The notes beneath the pieces are model-generated. The model was given only the letters and a program-made list of their open reading frames with translations. It did not search any database and was not told the DNA's origin. The position numbers and the translations under genes were made by a program. DNA of 64,000 nucleotides from Candidatus Bathyarchaeia archaeon (GTDB lineage: Archaea; Thermoproteota; Bathyarchaeia; Bathyarchaeales; Bathycorpusculaceae), in NCBI GenBank assembly GCA_049516875.1, contig JBEKSS010000002.1:1-64000 (forward strand). The letters run 5' to 3'. Below are positions 10,192 through 20,807 of this stretch, piece after piece (within the stretch, counting starts at the first letter, position 1; each line of letters opens with the position of its first letter).

Positions 10192-11088
10192 GTGAGTCTG
10201 CTAGATTTGAAGGTTGAAGCTGAATGCGTGGCTTGCATAATCAGCAGGGGAGCAGCTGAAGTCAAAGAGGCTACGACCAACCCTGCCTTGCGTTTCAGGG
10301 CTATGAGCGATCTTCTGAGGCTGCTGACCAAGGAGTTCAGGCCCACAGCTGTCCCGGCGAGCTTGGGCACAAAAAGAGACGTGGTCATAAGGATAGTGAC
10401 AGGCAATCCTGACCCATACAAGAGAAGCAAGAGGATAAGCAACGAGAAAGCGCTGAGACTTCTGCCCTATGCGAGGAAACTTGTGGAAGAAGGATATACG
10501 CTGCAGGATAGGTTCAAAAGAGCCTGCCTGTGCGCTATAGTTGGCAACATAATGGAATTTGACATTCCAGGTCACAGGTTCACGTTTGGCAGTCTGAAAA
10601 AAGCCTTCAGGGATGCATCAAAAGACTTGGTCATAGACGATACGAGCAAGGTTTACGATTTAGCCAGGAAGGCGCACTCTGTTCTTTATCTCACGGATAA
10701 TGCTGGAGAAATTGTGTTTGACACTTTGCTTGTTGAACAGCTAAAGAACATGGGGTTAACCGTGACTGTGGCCGTTAAGGGAAGTCCGATAATAAATGAT
10801 GCGACTCTTGAAGATGTGGAAGTGTCTGGGATGTGCAAGGTCGCGGACAAAGTGATTACTACGGGAACAGATTCTGTGGGTCTGACGATGGATGAAGTTT
10901 CTGCGGAGTTTCGGGAAGTCTACAATTGTGTTGACTTGGTTTTTGCGAAGGGAATGGGTTACGCTGAAACTCTTACAGAGTACAAGTTGAAAAAGCCTCA
11001 CGTCCTGCTTTTTAGGACAAAGTGCAATCCTGTCGCAAACTTTTTCGGTGTCCCACGCGAAAAGAATGTTGCGAAGCTGATGCAGTGA
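10192..11088 (+). CDS. damage-control phosphatase, ARMT1/DUF89 family
   Basis: ECVAC, GNPDPY, TDNAGE, INDAT, KGMGYAE and RTKC motifs. Confidence 0.9.
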   Translation: MSLLDLKVEAECVACIISRGAAEVKEATTNPALRFRAMSDLLRLLTKEFRPTAVPASLGTKRDVVIRIVTGNPDPYKRSKRISNEKALRLLPYARKLVEEGYTLQDRFKRACLCAIVGNIMEFDIPGHRFTFGSLKKAFRDASKDLVIDDTSKVYDLARKAHSVLYLTDNAGEIVFDTLLVEQLKNMGLTVTVAVKGSPIINDATLEDVEVSGMCKVADKVITTGTDSVGLTMDEVSAEFREVYNCVDLVFAKGMGYAETLTEYKLKKPHVLLFRTKCNPVANFFGVPREKNVAKLMQ

Positions 11089-13173
11089 ATGAAGTTGCCT
11101 TCAATGAGCCTTAACAGGGAAACGCTTTCCCGTTTCGAAGATGCAATTCAGAAAGAGTGGCTTATAACAAACGGTTTAGGAGGTTACGCATCTTCCACGG
11201 TTCTGGGCATAAACACGAGGAAATATCACGGACTACTTATTGCAGCCCTTTACCCGCCGGGGGATCGCAGAGTCTTTCTCACAAAGTTGGACGAAGACAT
11301 AAACATGCAAAACGACGTTTATCGGCTTGGGGCAAACGAGTTTCAAGACGGATTCTTTCCTCAAGGATACAGCCTTCTCAAGGAGTTCTCAGTCTCACCA
11401 TTTCCAAAATATGTTTACGCATTGCCGAACGTTGAAGTTCAAAAAACAATATTCATGCCTTACGGAAAAAACGCCGTCATAACACTCTACAACATTTTGA
11501 ACAATAACAGCTTTGACATCAAGGTGCAAGTTTTCCCGATTGTAAATTGGAGGCACTTCCATTCTGTAACCGACAAATCGAAAGCACCGGTGGAGTTTGT
11601 CCAAAAACAAGATGACACCAAAGTGGAAATGAGCCTGAAGCCTCCTCAGCCCGTGCTGATAATGATGACGACCGAAGGGCATTACTCTGCAAAAGGCAAA
11701 TGGATTGAACGGTTGTACCTGCGAGAGGAAGCTCACCGTGGAGAGAGCTGCCTTGACGATTGTTATCAACCCGGATACTTTGAAACAAGCGTAGAGGCTG
11801 GGGAGAGCAGGAATTTTGCCATAGCAGCGGTTGCGGGTGAAGACGAGGACAGTGCAAGAGAGGTCTTGACTCAGCTGCCCTCGAAAACGTGTGACGTGAA
11901 AGCTTTATACGAAGAGGAAATGAGTCGCTGTGAGAATCTTTTGATAGGCTTCTACGGAACGCACAGAACTCTTAGGGCAAACAGCTGGCTAGATTGGCTT
12001 GTCCTGGCAACAGACGCGTTTCTTGTTCAGGGCGGAAGTGAAGGGCAGAAAGCAGTGATTGCTGGTTACCACTGGTTTGAAGCGTGGGGAAGGGACACGT
12101 TCATTTCTCTGCCAGGCTTGGTGCTTGTACCGAAAAGATGTGAGTACGCGAGAAGATTCTTCCTAAGCTTCAAGAAATACTGCAAGCAAGGTTTGATGCC
12201 GAACTTTCTTCCAGATCGAGCTGAACAACCAGTCTACAACACCGCTGATGCGACCCTGTGGTTTGTGAACGCGACTCTGCAGTATCTGAAATATACGGGT
12301 GACTTCAAATTCGTCAGGGAGCAACTTTGGGAAACATTGGAGTCAATCGTTGAAAATCATGTGAAAGGAACCGCCTTCAACATACACATGGACGCGGACG
12401 GCCTGCTTTCTCACGGTCCACAGTTGACTTGGATGGATGCAGTGTTTGAAGGCAAGCCAGTGACTCCTCGGGTTGGAAAGGCAGTTGAAATTCAAGCTTT
12501 GTGGTACAACACTCTAAGAACGGCACAGTTGCTGGCAGAAAAGTTCAACGAGAAAAATCAGGCAGAAACGTATCGACAGACAGCTGAAAAAACGAGAAAG
12601 AGTTTCGCTGAAAAGTTCTGGAACGTAGAAAGAGGTTGCTTGTATGACGTCGTACACGAACCGGAACGCGACGATTCGTTGAGGCCGAATCAGATTCTTG
12701 CTGTAGCGCTGGATTTTAACATGCTAGACAGTGCAAGAAACGAGAAGATTGTAGACACGGTGGAACGTGGACTCTTGACGCCCTACGGTTTAAGGACTCT
12801 TGGAAGGAATGACTCGAGATACGTTGGAATCTACGCTGGTGACCGAAAAAGCAGAGACAACGCCTACCACAATGGTACGGTTTGGCCTTGGTTGTTAGGG
12901 CCCTTCGTCACGGCATTTCTGAAAACGAAAGGTCACACGGAGTCCCTGCGCGAATGTGCGCTGAAGAATTTCATTATGCCATTGTTTGCGGAAAAGTTGT
13001 TTGAAGGTGGGCTTGGAACCTTAAATGAGATCTTCGACGGTGACGCGCCGCACACTTCTAGAGGATGTATCTCTCAAGCTTGGAGCGTGGCAGAACCTCT
13101 CAGGGCTTGCGTGGAAGATATCATGCAGGTTAGGCCAAAATATGAAAATGAAGTTTTGCACGAGCTAGGATGA
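11089..13173 (+). CDS. glycogen debranching enzyme (amylo-alpha-1,6-glucosidase)
   Basis: EWLITNGLGGYAS, AGYHWF, WGRDTFISL, LTWMDA, RPNQ, YHNGTVWPW and QAWS motifs. Confidence 0.93.
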   Translation: MKLPSMSLNRETLSRFEDAIQKEWLITNGLGGYASSTVLGINTRKYHGLLIAALYPPGDRRVFLTKLDEDINMQNDVYRLGANEFQDGFFPQGYSLLKEFSVSPFPKYVYALPNVEVQKTIFMPYGKNAVITLYNILNNNSFDIKVQVFPIVNWRHFHSVTDKSKAPVEFVQKQDDTKVEMSLKPPQPVLIMMTTEGHYSAKGKWIERLYLREEAHRGESCLDDCYQPGYFETSVEAGESRNFAIAAVAGEDEDSAREVLTQLPSKTCDVKALYEEEMSRCENLLIGFYGTHRTLRANSWLDWLVLATDAFLVQGGSEGQKAVIAGYHWFEAWGRDTFISLPGLVLVPKRCEYARRFFLSFKKYCKQGLMPNFLPDRAEQPVYNTADATLWFVNATLQYLKYTGDFKFVREQLWETLESIVENHVKGTAFNIHMDADGLLSHGPQLTWMDAVFEGKPVTPRVGKAVEIQALWYNTLRTAQLLAEKFNEKNQAETYRQTAEKTRKSFAEKFWNVERGCLYDVVHEPERDDSLRPNQILAVALDFNMLDSARNEKIVDTVERGLLTPYGLRTLGRNDSRYVGIYAGDRKSRDNAYHNGTVWPWLLGPFVTAFLKTKGHTESLRECALKNFIMPLFAEKLFEGGLGTLNEIFDGDAPHTSRGCISQAWSVAEPLRACVEDIMQVRPKYENEVLHELG

Positions 13174-14202
13174 AGGGTTCTTTCGCATGCTTTCCGCTGC
13201 GGTTTCAGGGGTCATGGTGTTTATGTACACGCCTGTGCTTTTCTCGAACCCAGCCCAGATTGCAAGCTTGGGATAAACTTCTAGATGCCAATGATAATAG
13301 TCGTGTGCTTCTTTGTTTAATGCTATATGAAAACCATAATTGTAGGGCGGGTCGTTCACCAACGTCTTCAACCGGAGGAGACACGTTTTCAACGTTTCAG
13401 CGAAGGTTTTCACCTCGCTTTGAGACATTTCAAGAAGGGAGCTTTCATGCTCCTTAGGAAACGTCCAGAACTCCATCGGGTTAACGCTTGCATAGGGGGC
13501 GAACACGATGAACTTCGAGTTTTCAAGCACAAATCTAGGCCCATTACGTTCTTTTTCGATTATGTCACAGAAGACACACTTCTTGTTTTGTCTCCAGAAT
13601 CTTCTGCTTGCGTTCATCTCTTCCTTCACGGTTTTTGGAACAAACGGTGTGGCGATTATCTGGCTGTGTGCGTGCGAGAGTGAGGCTCCGGCCTCCAAAC
13701 CGTGGTTGCGGAAAATGGAAACGTACCGCACGTAGGGTTTGGCAGACAGATATCGAAGCATGTCAATGTAGCCGTTGACGACATGAACAAGTTGCGGTAT
13801 TGCCGCGTTTGCTGGGCCTTCGTCGTGGGTTGGTGATTCAACCAAGACTTCGTGGTCACCCACCGCTACTGCTAGATTTTCGTTTTTCATTATTTGTTTT
13901 CGACTGATTCTTTCTCTCGGCGGTGAGAAAGCAGGATACAGGTTGGGGATGACGCGGATTAGCCAGTTTTTGCGTCTGAAGTCATCTTCGTCCTTGGTTT
14001 TCCTGATTCTGTTGCCTGATTTGAGGTAAACGAGAACTGCCGGAGGCGTCATGTGCTCGTTGCCTGGGCACATTGGACAGACTGCGGCTTTGGCCTGCTG
14101 TCTCTCTTTTTTGGCAAAGTCTGTAGGTCTGCGACCTCGCTCGGTGGCAATCACAACCCAGCGATCAAGCAGATAATCCTTGCGAACTTCGTTAAACGTC
14201 AT
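13165..14202 (-). CDS. galT: galactose-1-phosphate uridylyltransferase (HIT family)
   Basis: ERGRRP, CPMCPGNE, PNLYPA, GASLSHAHSQ (HxHxQ) and HWHLE motifs. Confidence 0.92.
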   Translation of the reverse strand: MTFNEVRKDYLLDRWVVIATERGRRPTDFAKKERQQAKAAVCPMCPGNEHMTPPAVLVYLKSGNRIRKTKDEDDFRRKNWLIRVIPNLYPAFSPPRERISRKQIMKNENLAVAVGDHEVLVESPTHDEGPANAAIPQLVHVVNGYIDMLRYLSAKPYVRYVSIFRNHGLEAGASLSHAHSQIIATPFVPKTVKEEMNASRRFWRQNKKCVFCDIIEKERNGPRFVLENSKFIVFAPYASVNPMEFWTFPKEHESSLLEMSQSEVKTFAETLKTCLLRLKTLVNDPPYNYGFHIALNKEAHDYYHWHLEVYPKLAIWAGFEKSTGVYINTMTPETAAESMRKNPSS

Positions 14203-14333
14203 ACCCAAACTTCCAGTCAGCATCAGAATAGATTCTGACGGCATTTATCATTTTCTAAAACTCTCTTCTTGCATGACCGTTGATTGTTTGCAGCGAATCG
14301 AGTTCCTTCGGGCACGCCCGTTGATGTTAAGAA

Positions 14334-14651
14334 GACGGTGGGCCACAGAGGGTCGACGCCCAGAATCTACCGGACCTTCAAACCCTACACTCGTACCCGA
14401 ACCCCCTTGAGCGCTGAACGTCCAGACTTAGGTTGCTCCCTCCCGGGCCTGGCCAGATTCACCTGGTCAACATTGAAGACGGCTTCCCTACGGAAACCGC
14501 TCAACGACCGCCAACCCCAAGGGACGGATAGTCTTCGCTTCGGAAGTAAAGGCCCAAGCAGCCTTAAACGCCTCAACCTCAGCTTTCGGCCCGTCCTATA
14601 GAGGGTTTACGGTACAGGGGACCCCTACCCCCCCGCCTGAGACCCACCGCC
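14334..14651 (-). ncRNA. ffs: signal recognition particle (7S) RNA
   Basis: Terminal helix GGCGGTGGG/CCCACCGTC, Alu domain GGGGGGTAGGGGTCCCCTGTA, helix 6 with a GTAG loop and helix 8 GCCAGGCCC-GGGA-GGGAGCAA. TATA box TTTTATA at about 14675-14681. Confidence 0.92.
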
Positions 14652-14801
14652 AACAATGTCTCAATGCTCAACACTATAAAACTTTACTCCTAGACGCAAG
14701 AAATGGAAACGCGAGAAAGTTGTAACTGGGCCCGAATGCTTGCGTTGAAAAAGAATTTATGTGACCCGCAGAATAGGTGCTTCGCTACAACGGTGAAGGG
14801 C

Positions 14802-14868
14802 ATGAGTGCGAGTTCTCCTTTAGACGAATGGCGATTTCTCATTGGCACTTGGAAGGGCAAGGCAGAGG
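14802..14868 (+). pseudogene. short gene remnant resembling a nitrobindin/DUF1579-type N-terminus
   Basis: MSASSPLDEWRFLIGTWKGKAE resembles the 'L..LiG.W.G' motif, and similarity is lost immediately afterwards. Confidence 0.3.
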
Positions 14869-15247
14869 CGCGCGCTAGTCCTGGTACAAGGCGGTTATAT
14901 GAGATGCATCATTTCAAACAATTCATGGGCAAATAGACAATGGGTGAGGTCTTCTTGGAACTGGACATGGAAAACACAAACGAAGTCAGAAACCAAGAAG
15001 CGTTTAGAAAGCCCAATCAGCAAATGATGCCATGACAAGACCAACATTCGTTTTTTGGACTTGGGACAAAACTTTACCCCGAAAACCAGTGGGGCATTCG
15101 AGGCTCTCATGTCTTTGGTGTGTGTGTGCGCAGAGGCCCTACCCCCGGTTCGATATATGATTCAAATATGATTTAACAAGAGGCACTTGCTAGGAGACAT
15201 TAAAAAGGTGAGATGTCGTTCGCAAACTGGTTGCGTTACAATCGACA

Positions 15248-15478
15248 TTAGGACTGTTGGAAAACGTTAAAGGGCGCTTCTTCCTTTCTTCCTTGCCAGT
15301 TATCTCCTCGTCGTGCCCATGCTTGTTTCGGGTCAAAACTGAAGCGCGTGTCAACACTTTCTTGCTGTTTAAACGTGCGTTTCGAGAAACATGTGCTGCA
15401 ATAAACTGGTTTGCCTATTGTAGGCTTGAAAGGGACCATGGCAGTCTTGCCACAATCAGTACATTTAGTCTCAAACAT
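15248..15478 (-). CDS. CxxC-x17-CxxC zinc-ribbon protein
   Basis: CTDCGKTAMVPFKPTIGKPVYCSTCF. Confidence 0.85.
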   Translation of the reverse strand: MFETKCTDCGKTAMVPFKPTIGKPVYCSTCFSKRTFKQQESVDTRFSFDPKQAWARRGDNWQGRKEEAPFNVFQQS

Positions 15479-15660
15479 TCTTTTTTGGAACGTGTAGAAC
15501 CACCTCTATTAGGTTTGCACTGAAATTGAAAATGCTAATTTTCAATTATCACTGATACAACGTCCGCGGTAGACTTAAAGGTTTCGTTGTTCAAAAACGT
15601 ACCTGCTTTCAAATACGCCGCAGATATTTCTATACTTTCCTGGTTTTGATAAACGAAGAA

Positions 15661-16146
15661 CTATTTGTCCTCCAGTTTCACGACTTTGCAGCATCTTCGT
15701 TCCAGATGGCCCATCAAGTCTATGCCTGCTTTCGCCCTTTTCTCTTCTTCTTCGAGATGCTTTTGGAATCCCACCTGTTTGACACTGTTATGGTTCTCGA
15801 CGACGAAAGGATACCACTCTCTTTGATATTCTGTGTTCTTGCATGTTAGATAATTATTGCATAGAAGGCATCTTTCAAGCTTCTTTTCAGAAGCACATTT
15901 TCTGTTTTCGCAGGGTGCACCCCCACCATTGAGGCACATAGGGCACTGTGCATTGGCAAACCACTCTAAGCCTTTCCTAAACTCTTCAAACTTGAATGAT
16001 TTGACAACGGAACTGACCCAATCGTAGCGAACTGTATCCACGAGTCTCTTCAGTTCGCCAGCCATCATCTTCACTCTTCCGTTCCCGTTCGGGCATTGAC
16101 CACAGTAAACGCCACATACCCCGTATTGATAGTTCTTTGCGTTCAT
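15661..16146 (-). CDS. DUF3795-like cysteine-rich protein
   Basis: CGVYCGQCP, CPMC, C..RKCA and CLLC....C motifs. ATG at 16146 is the preferred start. Confidence 0.8.
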   Translation of the reverse strand: MNAKNYQYGVCGVYCGQCPNGNGRVKMMAGELKRLVDTVRYDWVSSVVKSFKFEEFRKGLEWFANAQCPMCLNGGGAPCENRKCASEKKLERCLLCNNYLTCKNTEYQREWYPFVVENHNSVKQVGFQKHLEEEEKRAKAGIDLMGHLERRCCKVVKLEDK

Positions 16147-16342
16147 TTCAGATCGCTCATGATTACTAGATAACGCTTGATGTTGATAAGAATAGCGAAC
16201 TCTCCTAGCTTGAAGCCTATCTCCGTAGATCTTCTTAGCGCGTACTACCAGAATTGTTTCGGTTGTTCGAAGGCTTCCCATAAACAACAGCAAACGCTAA
16301 TAGTCAACGCGGCAACAAGCTTCGATAAAGGAGGAGTCTTGG

Positions 16343-17305
16343 TTGAAGAGGATAGGCGTGGTCACGAGCGGCGGAGACGCGCCCGGCATGAACGCTGCTA
16401 TTCGAGCCGTCACGCGGATAGCTCATTCGAAGAACTATCGGGTTTATGGGTTTGAGAGAGGCTGGGAGGGTTTGATAACGAACACTTTCAGAGAACTTAC
16501 TCCCCGCTCAGTGGGAGGGATCATACAGTTGGGCGGAACCATCCTCCACACCTCAAGGTGTCCGGAGTTCGAATCAAAAGAAGGGGTTAGAAAAGCTGCG
16601 GAAACACTTGCTTCAAACAATATTGATGGGCTCGTGGTCATCGGAGGCAACGGCTCTTTCAAGGGAGCTTTTGAGTTGAGCAAACAGACTGATGCGTTGA
16701 TAGCCGGGGTTCCCGCGTCTATAGACAACGACGTTTTTGGAACGGATGAAACGATAGGCTTCGACACGGCGGTGAACACGGCCGTAGACGAGATCGACAA
16801 GATAAGAGACACTGCAATTTCGCATGAGAGAATATTCATAGTTGAAGTCATGGGTCGGACAAGAGGCTTTCTCGCTTCAACAGTGGGACTGACTGTGGGA
16901 GCAGAGATAATTTTGGTCCCAGAAGTCAAGTTTGAAACCAGCAAGATTGTCAAAAGGTTGGAGGAGAACACTGCTAAGGGGAAGAAGTCGGGCATAATTG
17001 TGGCGGCAGAAGGAATCGGGGACACGCGAAGACTTGGAGCAGAGATTGAGAAAGACGCGGGAACAGAGGTCAGGCTCAGCGTTTTGGGCTATGCTCAGAG
17101 GGGAGGCAGCCCTACGGCAAGAAGTCGTTTGTTGGCCAGCTTGTTTGCAGACAAGGCCGTCGAGCTGCTTTCACAGGAGAACGGCAGCAGCGTAGTGGGA
17201 CTGCTGAATGGCAGAATAGCGACTCTTGACATTATGAAATCATGTGAAACCGAGAAACCTTTGGACCTGAGCTTGCTAGATCTGGCGAGTGTGCTCGCAA
17301 GTTAA
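16343..17305 (+). CDS. pfkA: 6-phosphofructokinase, PfkA family, predicted ATP-dependent
   Basis: TSGGDAPGMN, GGTIL, GGNGS (Gly at the specificity position), PASIDND, VMGR and QRGG. Confidence 0.92.
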   Translation: MKRIGVVTSGGDAPGMNAAIRAVTRIAHSKNYRVYGFERGWEGLITNTFRELTPRSVGGIIQLGGTILHTSRCPEFESKEGVRKAAETLASNNIDGLVVIGGNGSFKGAFELSKQTDALIAGVPASIDNDVFGTDETIGFDTAVNTAVDEIDKIRDTAISHERIFIVEVMGRTRGFLASTVGLTVGAEIILVPEVKFETSKIVKRLEENTAKGKKSGIIVAAEGIGDTRRLGAEIEKDAGTEVRLSVLGYAQRGGSPTARSRLLASLFADKAVELLSQENGSSVVGLLNGRIATLDIMKSCETEKPLDLSLLDLASVLAS

Positions 17306-17319
17306 GATATCATCGAATT

Positions 17320-18348
17320 TCAGCCGAAGAACACGCTTACTATGTCGTAGAGTTCCAAGTCTACAGTTTTCCGTTTGCCGACAACCTCCTTGAGTGGCAC
17401 TGAAACGATTCTGTTTCCTTTTATGGCGGTCATGTGACCGAATTTTCCTTCATGAACCATGTCTATGGCTGCTATTCCGAATCTTGTGGCTAACACTCTG
17501 TCAAAGGCTGTTGGACTGCCGCCGCGTTGAACATGTCCTAAAACCACAACTCGGGTTTCAACGTTCAAGCACTTTTCAACCTCCTTCCCAAGATAGTAGC
17601 CGATGCCGCCAAGTCGAATGTGTCCGAACTCGTCGAGGCTTTCACTGTAAACTACCTCAACTCCGCCCCTCGGTTTGGCCCCTTCGGCAACGACTATTAT
17701 GCTGAAGTTTCTGCCTCTTTCCTGCCTTCTTTTTATCAGTGCGCAAACCTCATCTATGTCAAAGGGTTTTTCAGGGATCAGTACGATGTCTGCGCCTCCA
17801 GCTATGCCTGCTTCCAGGGCTATCCACCCGGTGTATCTGCCCATGACTTCAAGAATTATGACCCTGTGATGCGTTTCCGCAGTTGTGTGAAGCCTATCGA
17901 GTGCTTCGGTGGCTATGGAGACTGCCGTGTTGAAGCCGAACGTGTAGTCGGTTCCGGCCAAATCATTGTCAATTGTCTTTGGTACCCCCACAGATTTGAG
18001 TCCATACTTGGCCATTTTGTCAGCAACACTTAGAGTGTCGTCGCCGCCGATGGCGATGACTGCTTCAATCGCGGCTTCTTTCGCGTTTTCCATCATTTTT
18101 TCGGGGCCGGTTTCAGTCTTGAACGGGTTGGTTCTAGAAGTGCCCAAAATTGAGCCCCCGCGTGGAAGAAGACCCGAGGCAGCCTTCAAGTCCAGTGGCA
18201 GGTACTGGGCTTCAAGAAGTCCAGCCCACCCGTCTTTTATGCCGAGGATTTCGTATCCGTAGTTTTGGATGCCCTTTCTGACAACTGCTCTTATGACCGC
18301 GTTGATTCCTGGAGCGTCTCCTCCGCCGCTCAAGATTCCAACTTTCAT
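17320..18348 (-). CDS. pfp: 6-phosphofructokinase, PfkA family, predicted PPi-dependent
   Basis: GGDD and PKTIDND (Asp/Lys signature of PPi-PFKs), VMGR and QRGG. Confidence 0.88.
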   Translation of the reverse strand: MKVGILSGGGDAPGINAVIRAVVRKGIQNYGYEILGIKDGWAGLLEAQYLPLDLKAASGLLPRGGSILGTSRTNPFKTETGPEKMMENAKEAAIEAVIAIGGDDTLSVADKMAKYGLKSVGVPKTIDNDLAGTDYTFGFNTAVSIATEALDRLHTTAETHHRVIILEVMGRYTGWIALEAGIAGGADIVLIPEKPFDIDEVCALIKRRQERGRNFSIIVVAEGAKPRGGVEVVYSESLDEFGHIRLGGIGYYLGKEVEKCLNVETRVVVLGHVQRGGSPTAFDRVLATRFGIAAIDMVHEGKFGHMTAIKGNRIVSVPLKEVVGKRKTVDLELYDIVSVFFG

Positions 18349-18360
18349 ATGTTTCCCACT

Positions 18361-19278
18361 TCACGCTTCTCCCGAACTTCCGAACAGGCGCATTTTGCCC
18401 CTGATGACTTCTTTCATAGCGTCTTTTGCAGGACCCAAGATTTTTCGGGGATCAAATTCTTTCGGCGAGTTTGCCAAGACTTCCCTCACACTTGCAGTGA
18501 AGGCTAACCGCAGGTCTGTGTCAATGTTTATCTTCGCGATTCCCAGAGAAATGGCCTTTTGAATATGTTCCTCGGGAATTCCCTTTGCTCCTTCAAGCTG
18601 AGCTCCATACTTAGCTGCTTTTTCAATGATCCATTTTGGAACGCTCGAAGCCCCGTGCAAGACAAGCGGGATGTCAAGCTTTTCGCTGATAATCTTTAAC
18701 CTTTCAAAGTCCAGTTTGGGCTCGGCCTTAAACTTGTAAGCTCCATGAGACGTGCCTACTGCGACTGCAAGAGCGTCTACGGCGGTGCGGTTGACGAACT
18801 CTTTTGCGCTGTTGGGATCGGTGAGAATGGCGTCCTTTTCTTCAACGGTTTTCTCTTCAACCCCTGCTAGTCTGCCGAGTTCCGCTTCGACAGAAACTTT
18901 TTTGGGGTGAGCCAAATCAACCACCCGCTTGGTTAGCGCAATGTTTTCCTCATACTTCAGATGGGATCCATCTATCATGACGGATGTGAAACCTCCCGTT
19001 ATGCATTTGGAGACCGTTTCAAAGTCTTCTCCGTGATCAAGGTGTAACGACATCGGCGCAGCCGAGGATTCGGCTGCTGTTCTGACAATTTTCGCTAGAT
19101 AAGGCAGACCGCCATATTTTATGGCGCTCGGCGTGACAGCAACTATCGCAGGAGATTTTTCTTCGACTGCAGCCTCAGAAACTGCCAACACAGTTTCCAA
19201 GTTGTTGATGTTAAAAGCGCCCACGGCATAGGCTTTTCGCCTAGCTGGCACCAACAAATCCTTGTTTGTGACAAGCAT
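18361..19278 (-). CDS. fba: class II fructose-1,6-bisphosphate aldolase
   Basis: AVGAFN, LHLDHG, SVMIDGS, EAELG, GTSHG, LVLHG and KINIDT motifs. Confidence 0.95.
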   Translation of the reverse strand: MLVTNKDLLVPARRKAYAVGAFNINNLETVLAVSEAAVEEKSPAIVAVTPSAIKYGGLPYLAKIVRTAAESSAAPMSLHLDHGEDFETVSKCITGGFTSVMIDGSHLKYEENIALTKRVVDLAHPKKVSVEAELGRLAGVEEKTVEEKDAILTDPNSAKEFVNRTAVDALAVAVGTSHGAYKFKAEPKLDFERLKIISEKLDIPLVLHGASSVPKWIIEKAAKYGAQLEGAKGIPEEHIQKAISLGIAKINIDTDLRLAFTASVREVLANSPKEFDPRKILGPAKDAMKEVIRGKMRLFGSSGEA

Positions 19279-19447
19279 TCTGCTTACCGCGAACTGATAG
19301 TTATCGTCAACAATATAAATGATTTACAATTCACTGAGGAAGAATGTTTTCTCAATTTCATACGCAGACTCCACAAAAAACGTAGACGCGTGCGCTTAAA
19401 TTCCAAGTGGAGATAAGTTATCGGTTAAGAAGACGGGGTGTGTTGTG

Positions 19448-20347
19448 ATGAAGGTTGTTCCAAGAAGCAAAGTCATATTCTGCTTTGATCCTGCGGCTGA
19501 ACCCGCCGTACGCGTTAAACCTGGAGAACTTGTTTTGGTTGAGACTGAGGACACTTTTGGGGGGCAGGTGAAGAGTGAGAAGGACTCTGTTGACAAGCTT
19601 GACTGGTCTCGGGTTGACGGGGCGACAGGATCCGTATCCATAGAAACTGCAGAGCCCGGCGACACCCTTGTCACAGAAATACTGGACATAAGCGTTGAGA
19701 AGAAGGGTGTAATAGTCACGATTCCGAAATTTGGGATTTTGGCAGACAAGAAATTCAAACCTTCAACCAAAGTAGTGAAGTTGCGTGATGGACGCATCAG
19801 TTTTGAGAACGGCGTTCAGGTCAAAGCGAACCCTATGATAGGCACAATCGGAGTCACCCCTAAACGCAAAGTTCCCACTGGTTCCCTTGGCAGGCATGGT
19901 GGAAACATGGACGTCAAAGAGTTAACGGCCGGTGCTAAACTGTATCTGCCAGTGCTCACTGAAGGCGCCTTGTTTGCGGCTGGTGATTTGCACGCGGTTC
20001 AAGCTGACGGAGAACTGTGCGTCTCGGCCATCGAAGTGGCCGGCGAATCCTACTAAGGTTCAGCCTGATCAAGGGCAAGAAGCCTGAATGGCCGGTGCTT
20101 GAAACAAAGGACTCCTTCGCCCTTCTGGCTTGCGGGAGCACGCTGGATGAAGCTGCACGACTTGCAACGGAGGCTGGGGTGAAGGCGTTCATGCGGGAGT
20201 ATGGCTGGCCTTTTGAGAGGGCATACATGTTTGGAAGCTTCGATAAACTTGAAAATTAATCAGGTCGTGGATCCGAAAAAAGGGGTTAAAGCAGTGATTT
20301 CTAAGGATTTCATTACTCTGAGGGGCCTGCTTACCCGAGGCACCTGA
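19448..20347 (+). pseudogene. acetamidase/formamidase family pseudogene with two frameshifts
   Basis: PMIGTIG, HGGNMD and GDLHAVQADGE are present. The frame shifts near 20045 and near 20240, and the third frame continues INQVVDPKKGV to TGA at 20345-20347. Confidence 0.82.
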
Positions 20348-20403
20348 CCTTTTATAAAATCTATAAACTTATGCGCGTCATTTGTTTGGTGAGGTGAGTT
20401 CGC

Positions 20404-20649
20404 GTGACCTGCTACTTCAGGCATCTTCAAGAAATCTTTCAGAAAGCAGGAATAGAAGTCACTAACGCTAACAAGCGGGAAATCGACAAAGTGATTCACG
20501 AGATTGTGGGCGTCAATTACAAGGATTGCCCAGCTACTTGGAAGGAAGTGAAGAAGCGAATAGCAGAGAATGAGGGATCTTTTGTTTCCGAGTTGAAGGA
20601 AAAATGGAGCAAGCATTCCCAGAATTCAGTGGACTGCAAGCGGCGATGA
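20404..20649 (+). CDS. conserved-looking small hypothetical protein
   Basis: GAGGTGA Shine-Dalgarno before the GTG start and a globular helical sequence (MTCYFRHL...CPATWKEVK). Confidence 0.7.
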   Translation: MTCYFRHLQEIFQKAGIEVTNANKREIDKVIHEIVGVNYKDCPATWKEVKKRIAENEGSFVSELKEKWSKHSQNSVDCKRR

Positions 20650-20807
20650 AAGAACATTCCCAAAGAAAACAGAACTGAGGAAACAATGGATGTTACTTAG
20701 GACTCTTCCAAGAGACGTGAAATTGAATAATTGAAAATGCTGACCAAGTACACTACCTGCCCCGTTTTAAGCAAAAAATAAGAATGTGGAGGGAAAAACT
20801 GAACAGC

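Noticed and set aside
14334-14651. RNase P RNA, or the protein ORFs overlapping this region
   Set aside because: It lacks the GAGGAAAGTCC-type P4 motif, while the Alu, helix 6 and helix 8 motifs identify SRP RNA. The overlapping ORFs are spurious.
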